This document shows, piece after piece, positions 19,942 through 29,645 of a DNA stretch of 64,000 bases. How positions within the stretch are numbered: the stretch's first letter is position 1; every line of letters begins with the position of its first letter. The position numbers were made by a program, and so were the translations under genes. The notes beneath the pieces were generated by a model that had not been told where the DNA came from, ran no database searches, and saw nothing but the letters and a program-made list of their open reading frames with translations. The DNA is from a virus: positions 27,549 through 91,548 of IMG/VR virus record IMGVR_UViG_3300020160_000289. One strand, 5' to 3'.

Positions 19942-22900
19942 TTATTCGCTGCCGCCCGCTTCAACAGCTAAGATGAATGGTGTCATCTGGGCAAACAAGC
20001 TCTTTTCAAATGTCCTGCCAGACAACACACCTGTTGCCTGACTAATCACTAATGTTGGACCGATACGGAAATCTCCGTTTTGGTCTGTTGAAGTAAAGAA
20101 CACCTTACCATTATTTAACTGAACAACTTCTTTGGTCTGTTCGGGGTCAACTCTTCCTACTTGAGGCAAGGCACCGTATTGTGTTCCTGCTCCGCAATAT
20201 TCAAACAAGTAGCCTGACGCACTTTGATAACTTCGTTGATAGAAGTTAACTGTACTACCGTCAACAAATAACAATTGATTTCTTACGTTATCTTCCAAAG
20301 TAGCGATATGGTAAGTACCTTCTCTTGTGTAATATGTCTTAGCTGCCTCGACACTCCTAAAGTTGCCCCCAGTTTGTAAATCCGCTATGAGAGCATCGAT
20401 CATTAAGCCGGCATCTCTTCGACATTTTTGTTTATTGTATACAAACGTTTGAGGGAACGTTTCATTGATATAGGCAATCGTTTCTGCTTTGATAAATTCT
20501 TTATTAGCAAGTAATAACGCAAATGCTTTTAATCTATTCGGATTAGCATTTTGTACAAGACCAACTGGTACCTTTTCGCCTGCTTCGTCTGGGCCGTTTC
20601 TAATAATATCAGTTATAATATCAACCTTTGACTGAAGTACTGCAGCTTCTGCTAAAGTGGCAGGGTTTAAATTAGTTACCTGAGGTACTGCTGTTTGGAA
20701 ATTTGGAGATGTTGGAGTACCAGTTACAATATCTCCAACAATGGCTTTGATAAAATTATAGGCAGCTTCTGTTTGTGGAATTTGATTATCAATCGCAGAG
20801 TCGGCAGGGTTAAATCCGTAGTAGTAAACTCCTGACATGATACTTTGTCTGTTACCGCCATGAAGCATATCAAAGCAAACTGAGTCTACAATATATCCAA
20901 CATCTCGGCGACACTTAGTTTCATCGTAGCTAAAACCGCCGCCGTAAGTTGAAGTTATGTAGTTAATAACTTGTGTTTTGTAAGATTCTTTGCTTGCTTG
21001 GACGTTGGCTACTGCTGTCAATGCTGTAAAGTCAGTAGTTTTAAAACCGTTTGGAACGATATCATCTGATATTCCAACAATTCCGTTATCTAATATGTCA
21101 AGTATGTTGTCAAAACGTTGGCCAGCAACTACACCTGGTGCGCCGCCAGCAGTTGATACTACTAACGATTTTAGATAAGCAATCGCGCCCCTAGTCTGTA
21201 CGATTTGATCAATAATATCTCCAGTATAGCTGTCTTGATTCCAATATTGTAATCCAGCAAATGTACTTTGAGAAATGCTATCGTAAAGCATGTCAATAGC
21301 AATACTGTCAACAATCAACCCTGTATCTCTTGAACACTTGGCTTCATCGTAAGTAAATCCTCCGTAGATAGCATCTACATAGCTTACAGTTTCGTTCATT
21401 AGAAAGATTTTATTCTTTTTAAGCAAAGCAATAGCATCATTTTTTCCAGCAACTGCAGTTCCTGTAGTCTTAACTTGCGGTGCGGCCTGTGGTCCAGCTA
21501 GTATTACTCCTGTAATAATACCTAGACTATCACTAATAAATCCAGTTGAATTATTTCCTGACGGAAAACCATTGTCAATAGTTTGAGCTACACTAGTGCT
21601 GTATGTAGCAGTCATTAAAATATTTGATACTACATTGTTAGATATGTCTCTTAGATAGTTAATAGCGTCAATTGTTTCGGTCTCTTGGCCTAATATTTTA
21701 CTTTGACCAGTTGGATACGGACTAGTAACTGTTTTGCTACTTAAAATGTTATAGTATGCGTTTCCACAGCAATAGATATTAAAATAATTTCCGTTGCCGT
21801 ATTGGCCGCCACCTTGTAGAATAGGGTTACTCAGTGTAATTGATTGATAATTAACTTCGGTGATTGTCGTACCTGTTGTTAAGTAAGCAACTCCGTCACC
21901 GTTATCATCTGCTTCATATCCAAACTGATCTCTTATATAAACAGTCTGTCCTACTGAAACTCCCGTTACATCAATTCCATCAACTGTATAACTGCTGGTC
22001 GTTAAACTAGATGTGTTGACAATGGCTGTTAAAAATCCCGGAAATCCTTGTTCGTTAATGTACGGAACAGTTATTCCGTCGTAGTTTACATATTCGTCTG
22101 GAGGAACAACTTCCATCACTAAACTAATGTGTGGTCTATTGGCAGGATCTGGCACAAACACACATACCTGCTGGCTAGTAGGGAAATAGCCTTGTGGATA
22201 ATATTCGTTAGCTTCAAAGCTATTTGTTAACTCGTTATAGGCAACGTTGGCCGGATTGTAAATTGTTCCTCCAAATTTACGTCTTCCATACCCTCGAGAT
22301 AAAAGACATAAGTCACCAAAGTTATTATTTGAGTTGGTAATAGAAGCAATACCGCCGGCATCAGTTTCAACAGCAATGTTACAGAAAATTGTAAACACAG
22401 ATACTAACTGAGCATAGCCTTCATTGATAATATGAATTCCTCTTCCACCTTGGGTAATTTGTGTAAACGCATCAAACACAAAAGATTGAATTGGACTTCT
22501 AGTAGATGGCGCAAATCCGTCGACGAGAGCACCGCCACCGGAGCCGTTAGGATCAATTCTTCTATCAGCAAATCCGTCAAGACTCCATTCGCCTGGCATA
22601 TTTTTATCTTCTTCTGGGTATACTGTCGTATAACCAATATACATAATATCATTTGTTGCTGACGCAATCGTTGAAGTACTTAGATGTAGAATGAACTGAG
22701 TTAATGTGGAATTTGTACTAGGAGGTGCGAAAGGTGGACCATTTTCTATAATAGTAGCGATAGCATCAAAATTGTTTCTTACTAAATCTCTAGCAACATA
22801 ACCGCCATTCAATTGACTGTTAATAAGTTGCGGTACAACGATTGTAGCAGTAGTTGAGCTTGAACCAGGGACTGTAATTTGTTTGGATGTTTGGTATAAA

Positions 22901-25900
22901 GAAGTTACTGGATTATTAGCAATAACTTCTAATGCTAGATTTTTAAAATATAAGATAGCGCCAGCAGTTTCTTTTGTTTGTCCTTCGATTACACTAACCG
23001 CATTATCCCAGTAGGCATATCCTGCTTCTAAAGATTTAATATTTGATCGATTAACAATATCTTGAGCAACAGCATCCACGATTAACCCAACATCTCTAAA
23101 ACATTTTTCTTCATTGTACTTGAATACGTAAGGGTTGATAAATGTAGTATTAACAAACTCAACTACTTCGGCAACAATAAAATCTCTGTTTGCTACTAGT
23201 AGATCATATGCTCGAAGAACTGATGTTGATGTGCTAATATCTAAACCTATCGATGATAGCTCCGGAGCAGCCGATGGTCCGTATTTTATAATTTTTCTAA
23301 TTAAGTCAATGTTATCGCCAACCGCTCGAGACTCATCAGCAGTTGCTGCCAGATAGTCTGTATTTTGTAAAATATTAGGCTGATATGTTCTTGTAGCAGT
23401 TATACGTTGAACAACTTTGTCAACTAACGCTTTCATGTACTTGTAAGCCGCCATGGTCTGCGGTATTTCATTTATAAGAACTGTGCTGGTGGAGTTATAT
23501 CCGTAATAAGAAACTCCTGCTTGTACGCTTTGTCTATTGCCGCCGCGTAATAAATCCATAGTAACGCTGTTTACTATGTACCCAGCATCTCTTCTACATT
23601 TTGTTTGATCGTATACAAAACCGCTTGGTTTATTTGCTTCAACATACGCCACTACCTCATCTTGAATAAATGACTTATTATTTTTTAAAGTTTGAACAGC
23701 ATATAATACATCAACATCTGTAGATACAGCACCGTTTGGTACGATTGTATCAGTGACCCCTGCTGTACCAACTGTTAAAATATTCAATATTACATCATAT
23801 TTGTCAACAAGATCAGACACGACTGTGACACTAGTAGCCGTTACTGAGGTATCTTGTATAGCTGTGCTTAGTTTGCTAACAGTAAAATTTTGTACTATTT
23901 GTTCTGATATCTGTTTAGCATAATTAAAAGCATTTCTTGTAATAGTCTCTTCGCCAGGTATCTCAGTTGTGCCTTGATTCCAATATTGTAGTCCGGCAAA
24001 AGTTGATTGGCTTGATCCTCCATATACTAGATCTAACGTTAAGCCGTCTAAAATTAATCCAGTATCTCGTTCGCAATGTGATTCATTGTAAACAAAATCT
24101 AATTTTGTAAAAGTAGTATCAACATAGGCCACTACTTCGTGTTGTAAGAATTCTTTATTAGCTACTAAAAGATCGTAGCTGTTAACAATTTCCGATATTG
24201 TGCTAGGATTAACACTATTAGAAACTAAAGATGAAGTTTGCTTTCCTTGAATTCGGCGATTGATTAATACAATATTCCTGCTAACAAGTTCAACGGCAGC
24301 ATTTGTGCCGGTAGTTAAATTGACAATCTGTGTAACTGTTGATTGATAACTGTCTAATAGTTGATTTTTTAATATTACATCTCTAACGATTGAACCTAGA
24401 TAAGTTATTGCTGAAACTGTTTCGTCTATTTGGTTCGCTATTACTGCTCCGTTAGAGTAACTTGCGCCAGCGGCAGTTGATTGCTCATTGCCACCATATA
24501 GCAAGTCAGTTGCTAAGGCATCGATTAATAGTCCAGTATCTCTAAAACATTTTGATCTATCGTAGGTAAAACTTGGAATTGATTGTCCTACGTAAGTTTC
24601 ATTTACAAATGATACTACTTCCGCTTGTAAGAATCCTCTATTAGCATTTAACAATGCCGCGGCATTTTCGTAACCTGGTTGATTTTCTAGAATGTCTACT
24701 AGTAAACTAATCGAGTTATCAATTCCGCCTACTACTACTGAGCCGCCATTAGATGCTGTATTAAATGATTGAAATGCTATCGTACCTGTAGTTTTTGTAA
24801 CAGTTACATTAGATACGATATCTTTAGCAATAACTCCAATCCTATTAAACGCTGCAATAGTTGCAGTAGTTTCGTTGCCTAAAATTTGAACATTGTTTAC
24901 ATAATAAGATTTACCAGCAGTAACAATACTTTCGTTGCCGCCTAAAATAACATCATTAACAAGAGCATCTACAACATAACCAACGTCTCTTCTACATTTT
25001 ACTCTGTCATAAACAAGATCTGAATAAAAGAAATCTACATATGAAACAACTTCGTCTTGTATAAAAGATTTATTATCTACTAATAATCCTTTAGCAGTTT
25101 GAAAATTTGGATCAGGATTTTCAATAGCGTCAATAGTGGCGACTAGTATATCTGGATCAATTAAAATACCTTTTCCGTTAATAGACATTCCTATCTCGGG
25201 CATCTGACCTGAAATTTCAGGGAGTATGTTTACAGTTATAACCGTGGTGTTGATTACGTATGTGGATGTAGCAACTACTAATGGAACTTGAACTGTTTGA
25301 TTTGGCACAAACATTGTTCCATCAAACAGCCACGGACCTGATTGATTAGTACAGTTTTGAATATAGGGACTGTGAAATACGTCAATTGGATTATCTAGCT
25401 TAGGTGGAAAGGCAACACAATACGCACCGGTTGTGTATGTGCCAGCACCGCCCGGCACGTAGCGAGTAACTTCTCCTCGACGAAGGTCTCGCATGGTCAT
25501 CCCAGTAATATAAACACCGCTGTTTACATGGAACAAATCAACTGCGTTGTTTAATGGAAATACAAAAACTCCCCTTAAGCTGTCTCCATATACAGATGTG
25601 TAAGGCAACAATTCAATAGGATTGTCTTCGTAATATTTTCCAGGAGCAACTTTAATAACAGTACCTTGTTTGTAATAAGGACTTTTAGTTGCTCCACTAA
25701 TCGTACGGCAAGCACGGCTTGAGTCCATGGCTCTACCATCATTTTCGTCACTACCGTTTTCGTTTACGTATAGTATATTATTAACAACAGGGGCAGTTCC
25801 AATTGGATTTCCGCCGTAGACTCGAATGTCTCCGTTAATTTGTACGCTCTTGTTTAGGGTTCTTTCTAGTAGAGGTATATCTGGAAAGAATTGAACGTTA

Positions 25901-26514
25901 GTATATGTACCAACAGTATCTACTTGCTTAGTAAAAATATTTTCTAAGTAAGCACTCTTCCAGTAAGAAGTAGTATTACCGATACTGTAATCAGAAATAA
26001 TATTAGTATTGGTAATAAATTCTGTTACTGTAAATCCGTTAGTAACTGTGGTAACAAATGTCCCGGAACTTAGATAGGGTAATAGATCAGTATCAATCTC
26101 TCCAAGTAGACTAATCGTGTCGCTTGATGTAGTATCGCCTAATTTAATATTTCCTTGGGCAAAGAAATTTCCTGTAGCAAATACATCACCGTCAACTCGT
26201 AGGTCAGAGTTGATAAATGTATCATCTGTACCGCCTGGTGTAATATTAAATGGACCGTAGATGGTCGAAACTGTGCTACTAGATGTTGAGCTTTCTATGG
26301 TTATTAAACCGATAGTAGCGGTATTAAGGATTATTTTGGCAGCTCTAATTGTGCCTGTGTTAACATCTAACTCGTATGCCGGAGCAGATTGTCTAATACC
26401 AATTCGGCCGTTTACAACGTCAACATATAGCAAATCATCGTCAATTGCTATGTCTATGCCGTCTCGTCGCAAGTTGCTTGCGAGTAACGGACCAGTAATG
26501 CGACCAATGGCCAT
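19942..26514 (-). CDS. Giant beta-helix virion protein with 8 phycobiliprotein-like CxRD repeats
   Basis: 2190 aa. Same beta-helix scaffold and near-identical C-terminus as 12188..19522; 8 CxRD repeats in two blocks (5+3). Confidence 0.8.
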   Translation of the reverse strand: MAIGRITGPLLASNLRRDGIDIAIDDDLLYVDVVNGRIGIRQSAPAYELDVNTGTIRAAKIILNTATIGLITIESSTSSSTVSTIYGPFNITPGGTDDTFINSDLRVDGDVFATGNFFAQGNIKLGDTTSSDTISLLGEIDTDLLPYLSSGTFVTTVTNGFTVTEFITNTNIISDYSIGNTTSYWKSAYLENIFTKQVDTVGTYTNVQFFPDIPLLERTLNKSVQINGDIRVYGGNPIGTAPVVNNILYVNENGSDENDGRAMDSSRACRTISGATKSPYYKQGTVIKVAPGKYYEDNPIELLPYTSVYGDSLRGVFVFPLNNAVDLFHVNSGVYITGMTMRDLRRGEVTRYVPGGAGTYTTGAYCVAFPPKLDNPIDVFHSPYIQNCTNQSGPWLFDGTMFVPNQTVQVPLVVATSTYVINTTVITVNILPEISGQMPEIGMSINGKGILIDPDILVATIDAIENPDPNFQTAKGLLVDNKSFIQDEVVSYVDFFYSDLVYDRVKCRRDVGYVVDALVNDVILGGNESIVTAGKSYYVNNVQILGNETTATIAAFNRIGVIAKDIVSNVTVTKTTGTIAFQSFNTASNGGSVVVGGIDNSISLLVDILENQPGYENAAALLNANRGFLQAEVVSFVNETYVGQSIPSFTYDRSKCFRDTGLLIDALATDLLYGGNEQSTAAGASYSNGAVIANQIDETVSAITYLGSIVRDVILKNQLLDSYQSTVTQIVNLTTGTNAAVELVSRNIVLINRRIQGKQTSSLVSNSVNPSTISEIVNSYDLLVANKEFLQHEVVAYVDTTFTKLDFVYNESHCERDTGLILDGLTLDLVYGGSSQSTFAGLQYWNQGTTEIPGEETITRNAFNYAKQISEQIVQNFTVSKLSTAIQDTSVTATSVTVVSDLVDKYDVILNILTVGTAGVTDTIVPNGAVSTDVDVLYAVQTLKNNKSFIQDEVVAYVEANKPSGFVYDQTKCRRDAGYIVNSVTMDLLRGGNRQSVQAGVSYYGYNSTSTVLINEIPQTMAAYKYMKALVDKVVQRITATRTYQPNILQNTDYLAATADESRAVGDNIDLIRKIIKYGPSAAPELSSIGLDISTSTSVLRAYDLLVANRDFIVAEVVEFVNTTFINPYVFKYNEEKCFRDVGLIVDAVAQDIVNRSNIKSLEAGYAYWDNAVSVIEGQTKETAGAILYFKNLALEVIANNPVTSLYQTSKQITVPGSSSTTATIVVPQLINSQLNGGYVARDLVRNNFDAIATIIENGPPFAPPSTNSTLTQFILHLSTSTIASATNDIMYIGYTTVYPEEDKNMPGEWSLDGFADRRIDPNGSGGGALVDGFAPSTRSPIQSFVFDAFTQITQGGRGIHIINEGYAQLVSVFTIFCNIAVETDAGGIASITNSNNNFGDLCLLSRGYGRRKFGGTIYNPANVAYNELTNSFEANEYYPQGYFPTSQQVCVFVPDPANRPHISLVMEVVPPDEYVNYDGITVPYINEQGFPGFLTAIVNTSSLTTSSYTVDGIDVTGVSVGQTVYIRDQFGYEADDNGDGVAYLTTGTTITEVNYQSITLSNPILQGGGQYGNGNYFNIYCCGNAYYNILSSKTVTSPYPTGQSKILGQETETIDAINYLRDISNNVVSNILMTATYSTSVAQTIDNGFPSGNNSTGFISDSLGIITGVILAGPQAAPQVKTTGTAVAGKNDAIALLKKNKIFLMNETVSYVDAIYGGFTYDEAKCSRDTGLIVDSIAIDMLYDSISQSTFAGLQYWNQDSYTGDIIDQIVQTRGAIAYLKSLVVSTAGGAPGVVAGQRFDNILDILDNGIVGISDDIVPNGFKTTDFTALTAVANVQASKESYKTQVINYITSTYGGGFSYDETKCRRDVGYIVDSVCFDMLHGGNRQSIMSGVYYYGFNPADSAIDNQIPQTEAAYNFIKAIVGDIVTGTPTSPNFQTAVPQVTNLNPATLAEAAVLQSKVDIITDIIRNGPDEAGEKVPVGLVQNANPNRLKAFALLLANKEFIKAETIAYINETFPQTFVYNKQKCRRDAGLMIDALIADLQTGGNFRSVEAAKTYYTREGTYHIATLEDNVRNQLLFVDGSTVNFYQRSYQSASGYLFEYCGAGTQYGALPQVGRVDPEQTKEVVQLNNGKVFFTSTDQNGDFRIGPTLVISQATGVLSGRTFEKSLFAQMTPFILAVEAGGSE

Positions 26515-26604
26515 TCTAGCTCCTTATACACCGAGTTTCACGGATAACCACCTTGCATTGCGGGTTTACCACAGTATAATCCTGCCAAAAATTTGGCATC
26601 GTTG

Positions 26605-26610
26605 TATTTA
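26605..26610 (-). promoter_or_regulatory. Late promoter core TAAATA
   Basis: Intergenic AATAAATA about 90 nt upstream of the ORF starting at 26514. Confidence 0.6.
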
Positions 26611-26641
26611 TTTGGAAAGCAATATTTGTGCCGTATAGGCG

Positions 26642-27364
26642 TTAGCCTGGAGGGAAATATCCGTCGTATCCAAGCATTGCTACTACTGGCTTTGCTGGCA
26701 CTGGTCCGGAGAAAGTTATATAACTTCCAGTATTAAATGTAAATGTTAATGCTGTACCTTCTGTCAGTGTTCCAGTTAACGCATTAGAGATTGTAATGTT
26801 AAATGTATTGTCTAAAGTTCCTAACACCACAGTTCCGTTTGGTATAGACGAGTCGCCTGTGACTGTTGTTCCTGGTTGAACGTTAAACACATTGTCGAGT
26901 TGTAGTATTGTATTTCCGGCAGTAGTTGTTGCTGTAGTTGTAGCCGAAGCTGGGTTAGGATCTGTTGTTAGATCGTAGTTAGTTCCGGGAATTTGAAATA
27001 CGTTATCAACATAGACCATAACGTTTTGAGCGCCGGCATCGTATGACGGTTGATAATCTTGGTTTAATGGTCCAAACAAATTGCTATAATAATTTCCACT
27101 TCCTAAATTTTGAGCCACGATCGTAGCCGGTCGTACCATTCTAACTCTTTCCCAAACATTATTTGATAGAGCTTCAAACTCTAGCATTGTTAAATTATGT
27201 CTAATTTGGCCCGGAGTTACGTCAAGCGGAAGTTCTTGAGTTGTTCCAGATGGCAGTCTTAAACTTTGTGTGGTATCGATAATAGCACGGCCATCTTGCT
27301 CTACAGCAAGAGTATTGCTTTGCGGACTATGAGAATCTAAATTTAGTCTTTTATAAAATTTCAT
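26642..27364 (-). CDS. Hypothetical structural protein
   Basis: 240 aa. LRLPSGTT..PGQIRHN..FE and VYVDNVFQIPGTNY motifs are typical of phage fibre/baseplate modules. Confidence 0.65.
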   Translation of the reverse strand: MKFYKRLNLDSHSPQSNTLAVEQDGRAIIDTTQSLRLPSGTTQELPLDVTPGQIRHNLTMLEFEALSNNVWERVRMVRPATIVAQNLGSGNYYSNLFGPLNQDYQPSYDAGAQNVMVYVDNVFQIPGTNYDLTTDPNPASATTTATTTAGNTILQLDNVFNVQPGTTVTGDSSIPNGTVVLGTLDNTFNITISNALTGTLTEGTALTFTFNTGSYITFSGPVPAKPVVAMLGYDGYFPPG

Positions 27365-27368
27365 AGTA

Positions 27369-27686
27369 TTAACCTACTAGAACATAGCTACATGTGCAGG
27401 TAATAATTGTATTTTGACTTGCCTGAGCTTGCACGCTGTCACCGTCTTGTAAAATAAATCTTTCTGTGTCCATGCTAAAAGTTTCTCCGGCCGGAACAGA
27501 AATTTGATTTAAAATTATATTTGCGTCACCTGCGGCAATAGCAGACGGTACCATCCATACGCTCACTGTTGCGTCAACAGTTAAACTTGAATTACAAAAT
27601 ATTAAGCAGGTAACAGCGTTTTCTCCGTTGGCTACAAAGACTTCTGTTTTTTGTGATGCGCTTAATTGCGAGTTAGTGATTGCCAT
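27369..27686 (-). CDS. Small virion structural protein
   Basis: 105 aa, resembles 19544..19930 (FILQDGDSVQA). Confidence 0.65.
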   Translation of the reverse strand: MAITNSQLSASQKTEVFVANGENAVTCLIFCNSSLTVDATVSVWMVPSAIAAGDANIILNQISVPAGETFSMDTERFILQDGDSVQAQASQNTIITCTCSYVLVG

Positions 27687-27695
27687 ATAAATTCC

Positions 27696-28724
27696 TTATC
27701 CAAATATAATGCTGTATACCAATGCTTTTCTAGCCGATACTAGTTCACCTGTAACTGTAACGTCTGGATTAGCACCCACGTCAATTGTTTTAAAGAACAA
27801 TCCAGTGCCGCCTGCTCCAGGAGTTGATGTTGTATAAACTTTAACTACACCGTATTCTGCTTGAGGCGGTGTGTTAGACATTCCGACTGACAGTCCATTA
27901 TTTACAACTGTTGTACCTGTTCCGATAGTTGTCAAGAACAAGTTTGCGTTTGGTGCTAGTGTTCTAAGAGTTGTTCCTACAACTGCTAGGCTTCCTAATT
28001 GGATACTACTGCCTTGAACAATCATAGTTCCTACACCATCAATGTAGGTTGTTATTTTACTAGGTACACCTGTAACGCTATCGTCTGCGACAGTGATATA
28101 AGTATTACCTTGTCTTAATTCTAAAGATGTTAGAGCATTAGTAGCGGTGCCTCGTAAAGCCGAGTTATCAACGTAGTATTTGTTTGGAATGTCATCGTCA
28201 TGGACAACACGACTAGCGTAATTAGTTTGGCCTGCTACAGATAACACCGCGGCTGATCCTCGACCTAAGAAGTTAAGGGTGCGTCTATTAAATCCGTCTA
28301 GCGGAGCACTACTTGATAGTACGATTCCACCAACTTCGATCGCTGTACCAGTGCTTCCAGACTTTATTGTCCAAAGTCCTTGAGTTGTTTTATTAGTTTG
28401 CGTAGAAGCAACAATTGACCAAGACCTAGCATCGTCATATAAGAACGTAGCGGCTGTAATTAAACTACCGTTATTTCCTCTATCAACTAAAATACCAGCT
28501 TGTCCTAGTGTTACGTAGTTGTTACTTTCACCAGAGTTTAAAACTAAGATGTTATCTCTAACATTGGTATTTGTAGACGAGATAGCTGTTTGAACGCCAC
28601 GGACGTCAAGGTTTCCTGTAATAATTACAGTACCGGTATTAACACCAGTGTCAAGAGTCAGTATACCGGCATTGCCAGTTTTGATCTTTAGATCACCAGA
28701 ATATGATAAAACGTCTAAGGCCAT
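27696..28724 (-). CDS. Structural protein (fibre-like)
   Basis: 342 aa. ITGNLDVRG..STNTNVRDNILVLN..AGILVDRG module also present in the large fibres. Confidence 0.65.
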   Translation of the reverse strand: MALDVLSYSGDLKIKTGNAGILTLDTGVNTGTVIITGNLDVRGVQTAISSTNTNVRDNILVLNSGESNNYVTLGQAGILVDRGNNGSLITAATFLYDDARSWSIVASTQTNKTTQGLWTIKSGSTGTAIEVGGIVLSSSAPLDGFNRRTLNFLGRGSAAVLSVAGQTNYASRVVHDDDIPNKYYVDNSALRGTATNALTSLELRQGNTYITVADDSVTGVPSKITTYIDGVGTMIVQGSSIQLGSLAVVGTTLRTLAPNANLFLTTIGTGTTVVNNGLSVGMSNTPPQAEYGVVKVYTTSTPGAGGTGLFFKTIDVGANPDVTVTGELVSARKALVYSIIFG

Positions 28725-28742
28725 GTATTCTTCCTTTATACA

Positions 28743-28748
28743 TATTTA
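28743..28748 (-). promoter_or_regulatory. Late promoter core TAAATA
   Basis: GCTAAATA between the terminator and the AAGGAAG SD of the ORF starting at 28724. Confidence 0.65.
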
Positions 28749-28758
28749 GCAGATCATA

Positions 28759-28782
28759 AGAAAAGGGCCAAAGCCCTTTTCT
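28759..28782. terminator. Intrinsic terminator (bidirectional shape)
   Basis: AGAAAAGGGC-CAAA-GCCCTTTTCT, downstream of 28799. Confidence 0.8.
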
Positions 28783-28798
28783 GTTGTGCTAATACAAA

Positions 28799-29515
28799 TT
28801 AATTATTAGCCAAAGTAACGGTGTCATTGGTTACTGCAGTAGTGATATTCCACTTGACCCAAGACTCGTCAGCAAATTCGTGACCAGCTGAACCATATTG
28901 TTTTAGTTTTGCCTTGCGGCCATTTAACTTCATAACATAGTATGTTTTACCGGCATAGTCAGTTGCTGTTAAATCAGCTTCGCCGGCTGCGTCGGCAACA
29001 CCATCATACACTAATTTAACACGGCCAACACCTTCTGATGTAGCTACTAGATATTTGTTACTGCCTGTTTGACGGATAATATCGCCTAATAGACGTGCTG
29101 TTCCACCAGTACCGGATACTAGACCAGCGGTACCACTAGCAGGAATATAAGCATATATAGCAAGACCGTTAGCACGAGCAGCCGCTGTTAAACCAATTGC
29201 GTATGTGGCAGCAGATCCAGTTGTTGCTGGACTTACTGTTACAGTAACACTACCTGTTGAAGTATAACCACTACCTGCGTTTCCGACACTAAATGCTGTT
29301 ACGCGACGATCGGTTCCGATAGTTAATGTACCAGTGGCAGCTTGGCCGCCGGCAATTTGAGGTGTTGAACCTGCCCATGTATAGTTTGTTGTAGTAGAAT
29401 ATAGTGTACCTGTTGTAACTACCGCTACTGAAGCAAATCCTTCTCCGCCTACGCCTTCACCGTCTAACGCTACGTTAGTGTTGGCAAAAAATTTCTTTTG
29501 AATTGGACGTCCCAT
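28799..29515 (-). CDS. Structural protein, possibly head decoration
   Basis: 238 aa, Gly/Thr/Ala-rich, directly after the capsid gene with its own promoter and terminator. The function is inferred from position only. Confidence 0.55.
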   Translation of the reverse strand: MGRPIQKKFFANTNVALDGEGVGGEGFASVAVVTTGTLYSTTTNYTWAGSTPQIAGGQAATGTLTIGTDRRVTAFSVGNAGSGYTSTGSVTVTVSPATTGSAATYAIGLTAAARANGLAIYAYIPASGTAGLVSGTGGTARLLGDIIRQTGSNKYLVATSEGVGRVKLVYDGVADAAGEADLTATDYAGKTYYVMKLNGRKAKLKQYGSAGHEFADESWVKWNITTAVTNDTVTLANN

Positions 29516-29586
29516 TTTTTTCTCCTTATTTGGCTACAGGGCGTTCTATGCCCATACGCGGTGGGGACCGCATAACTGTAGTCGTG

Positions 29587-29592
29587 TATTTA
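29587..29592 (-). promoter_or_regulatory. Late promoter core TAAATA
   Basis: GTTAAATA immediately after the capsid terminator. Confidence 0.7.
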
Positions 29593-29594
29593 AC

Positions 29595-29620
29595 AAAAAA
29601 CCCGCCGAAGCGGGTTTTTT
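29595..29620 (-). terminator. Intrinsic terminator of the major capsid gene
   Basis: CCCGC-TTCG-GCGGG-TTTTTT on the minus strand; cUUCGg tetraloop as in T4 terminators. Confidence 0.92.
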
Positions 29621-29645
29621 GATTGGTTTAAAGTAACTTTTCGAA

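Noticed and set aside
12188-26514. Calling the phage a cyanophage, or the genes cpc/apc
   Set aside because: The similarity is at motif level inside virion beta-helix proteins; there are no photosynthesis or bilin-synthesis genes in the window, so the host cannot be assigned
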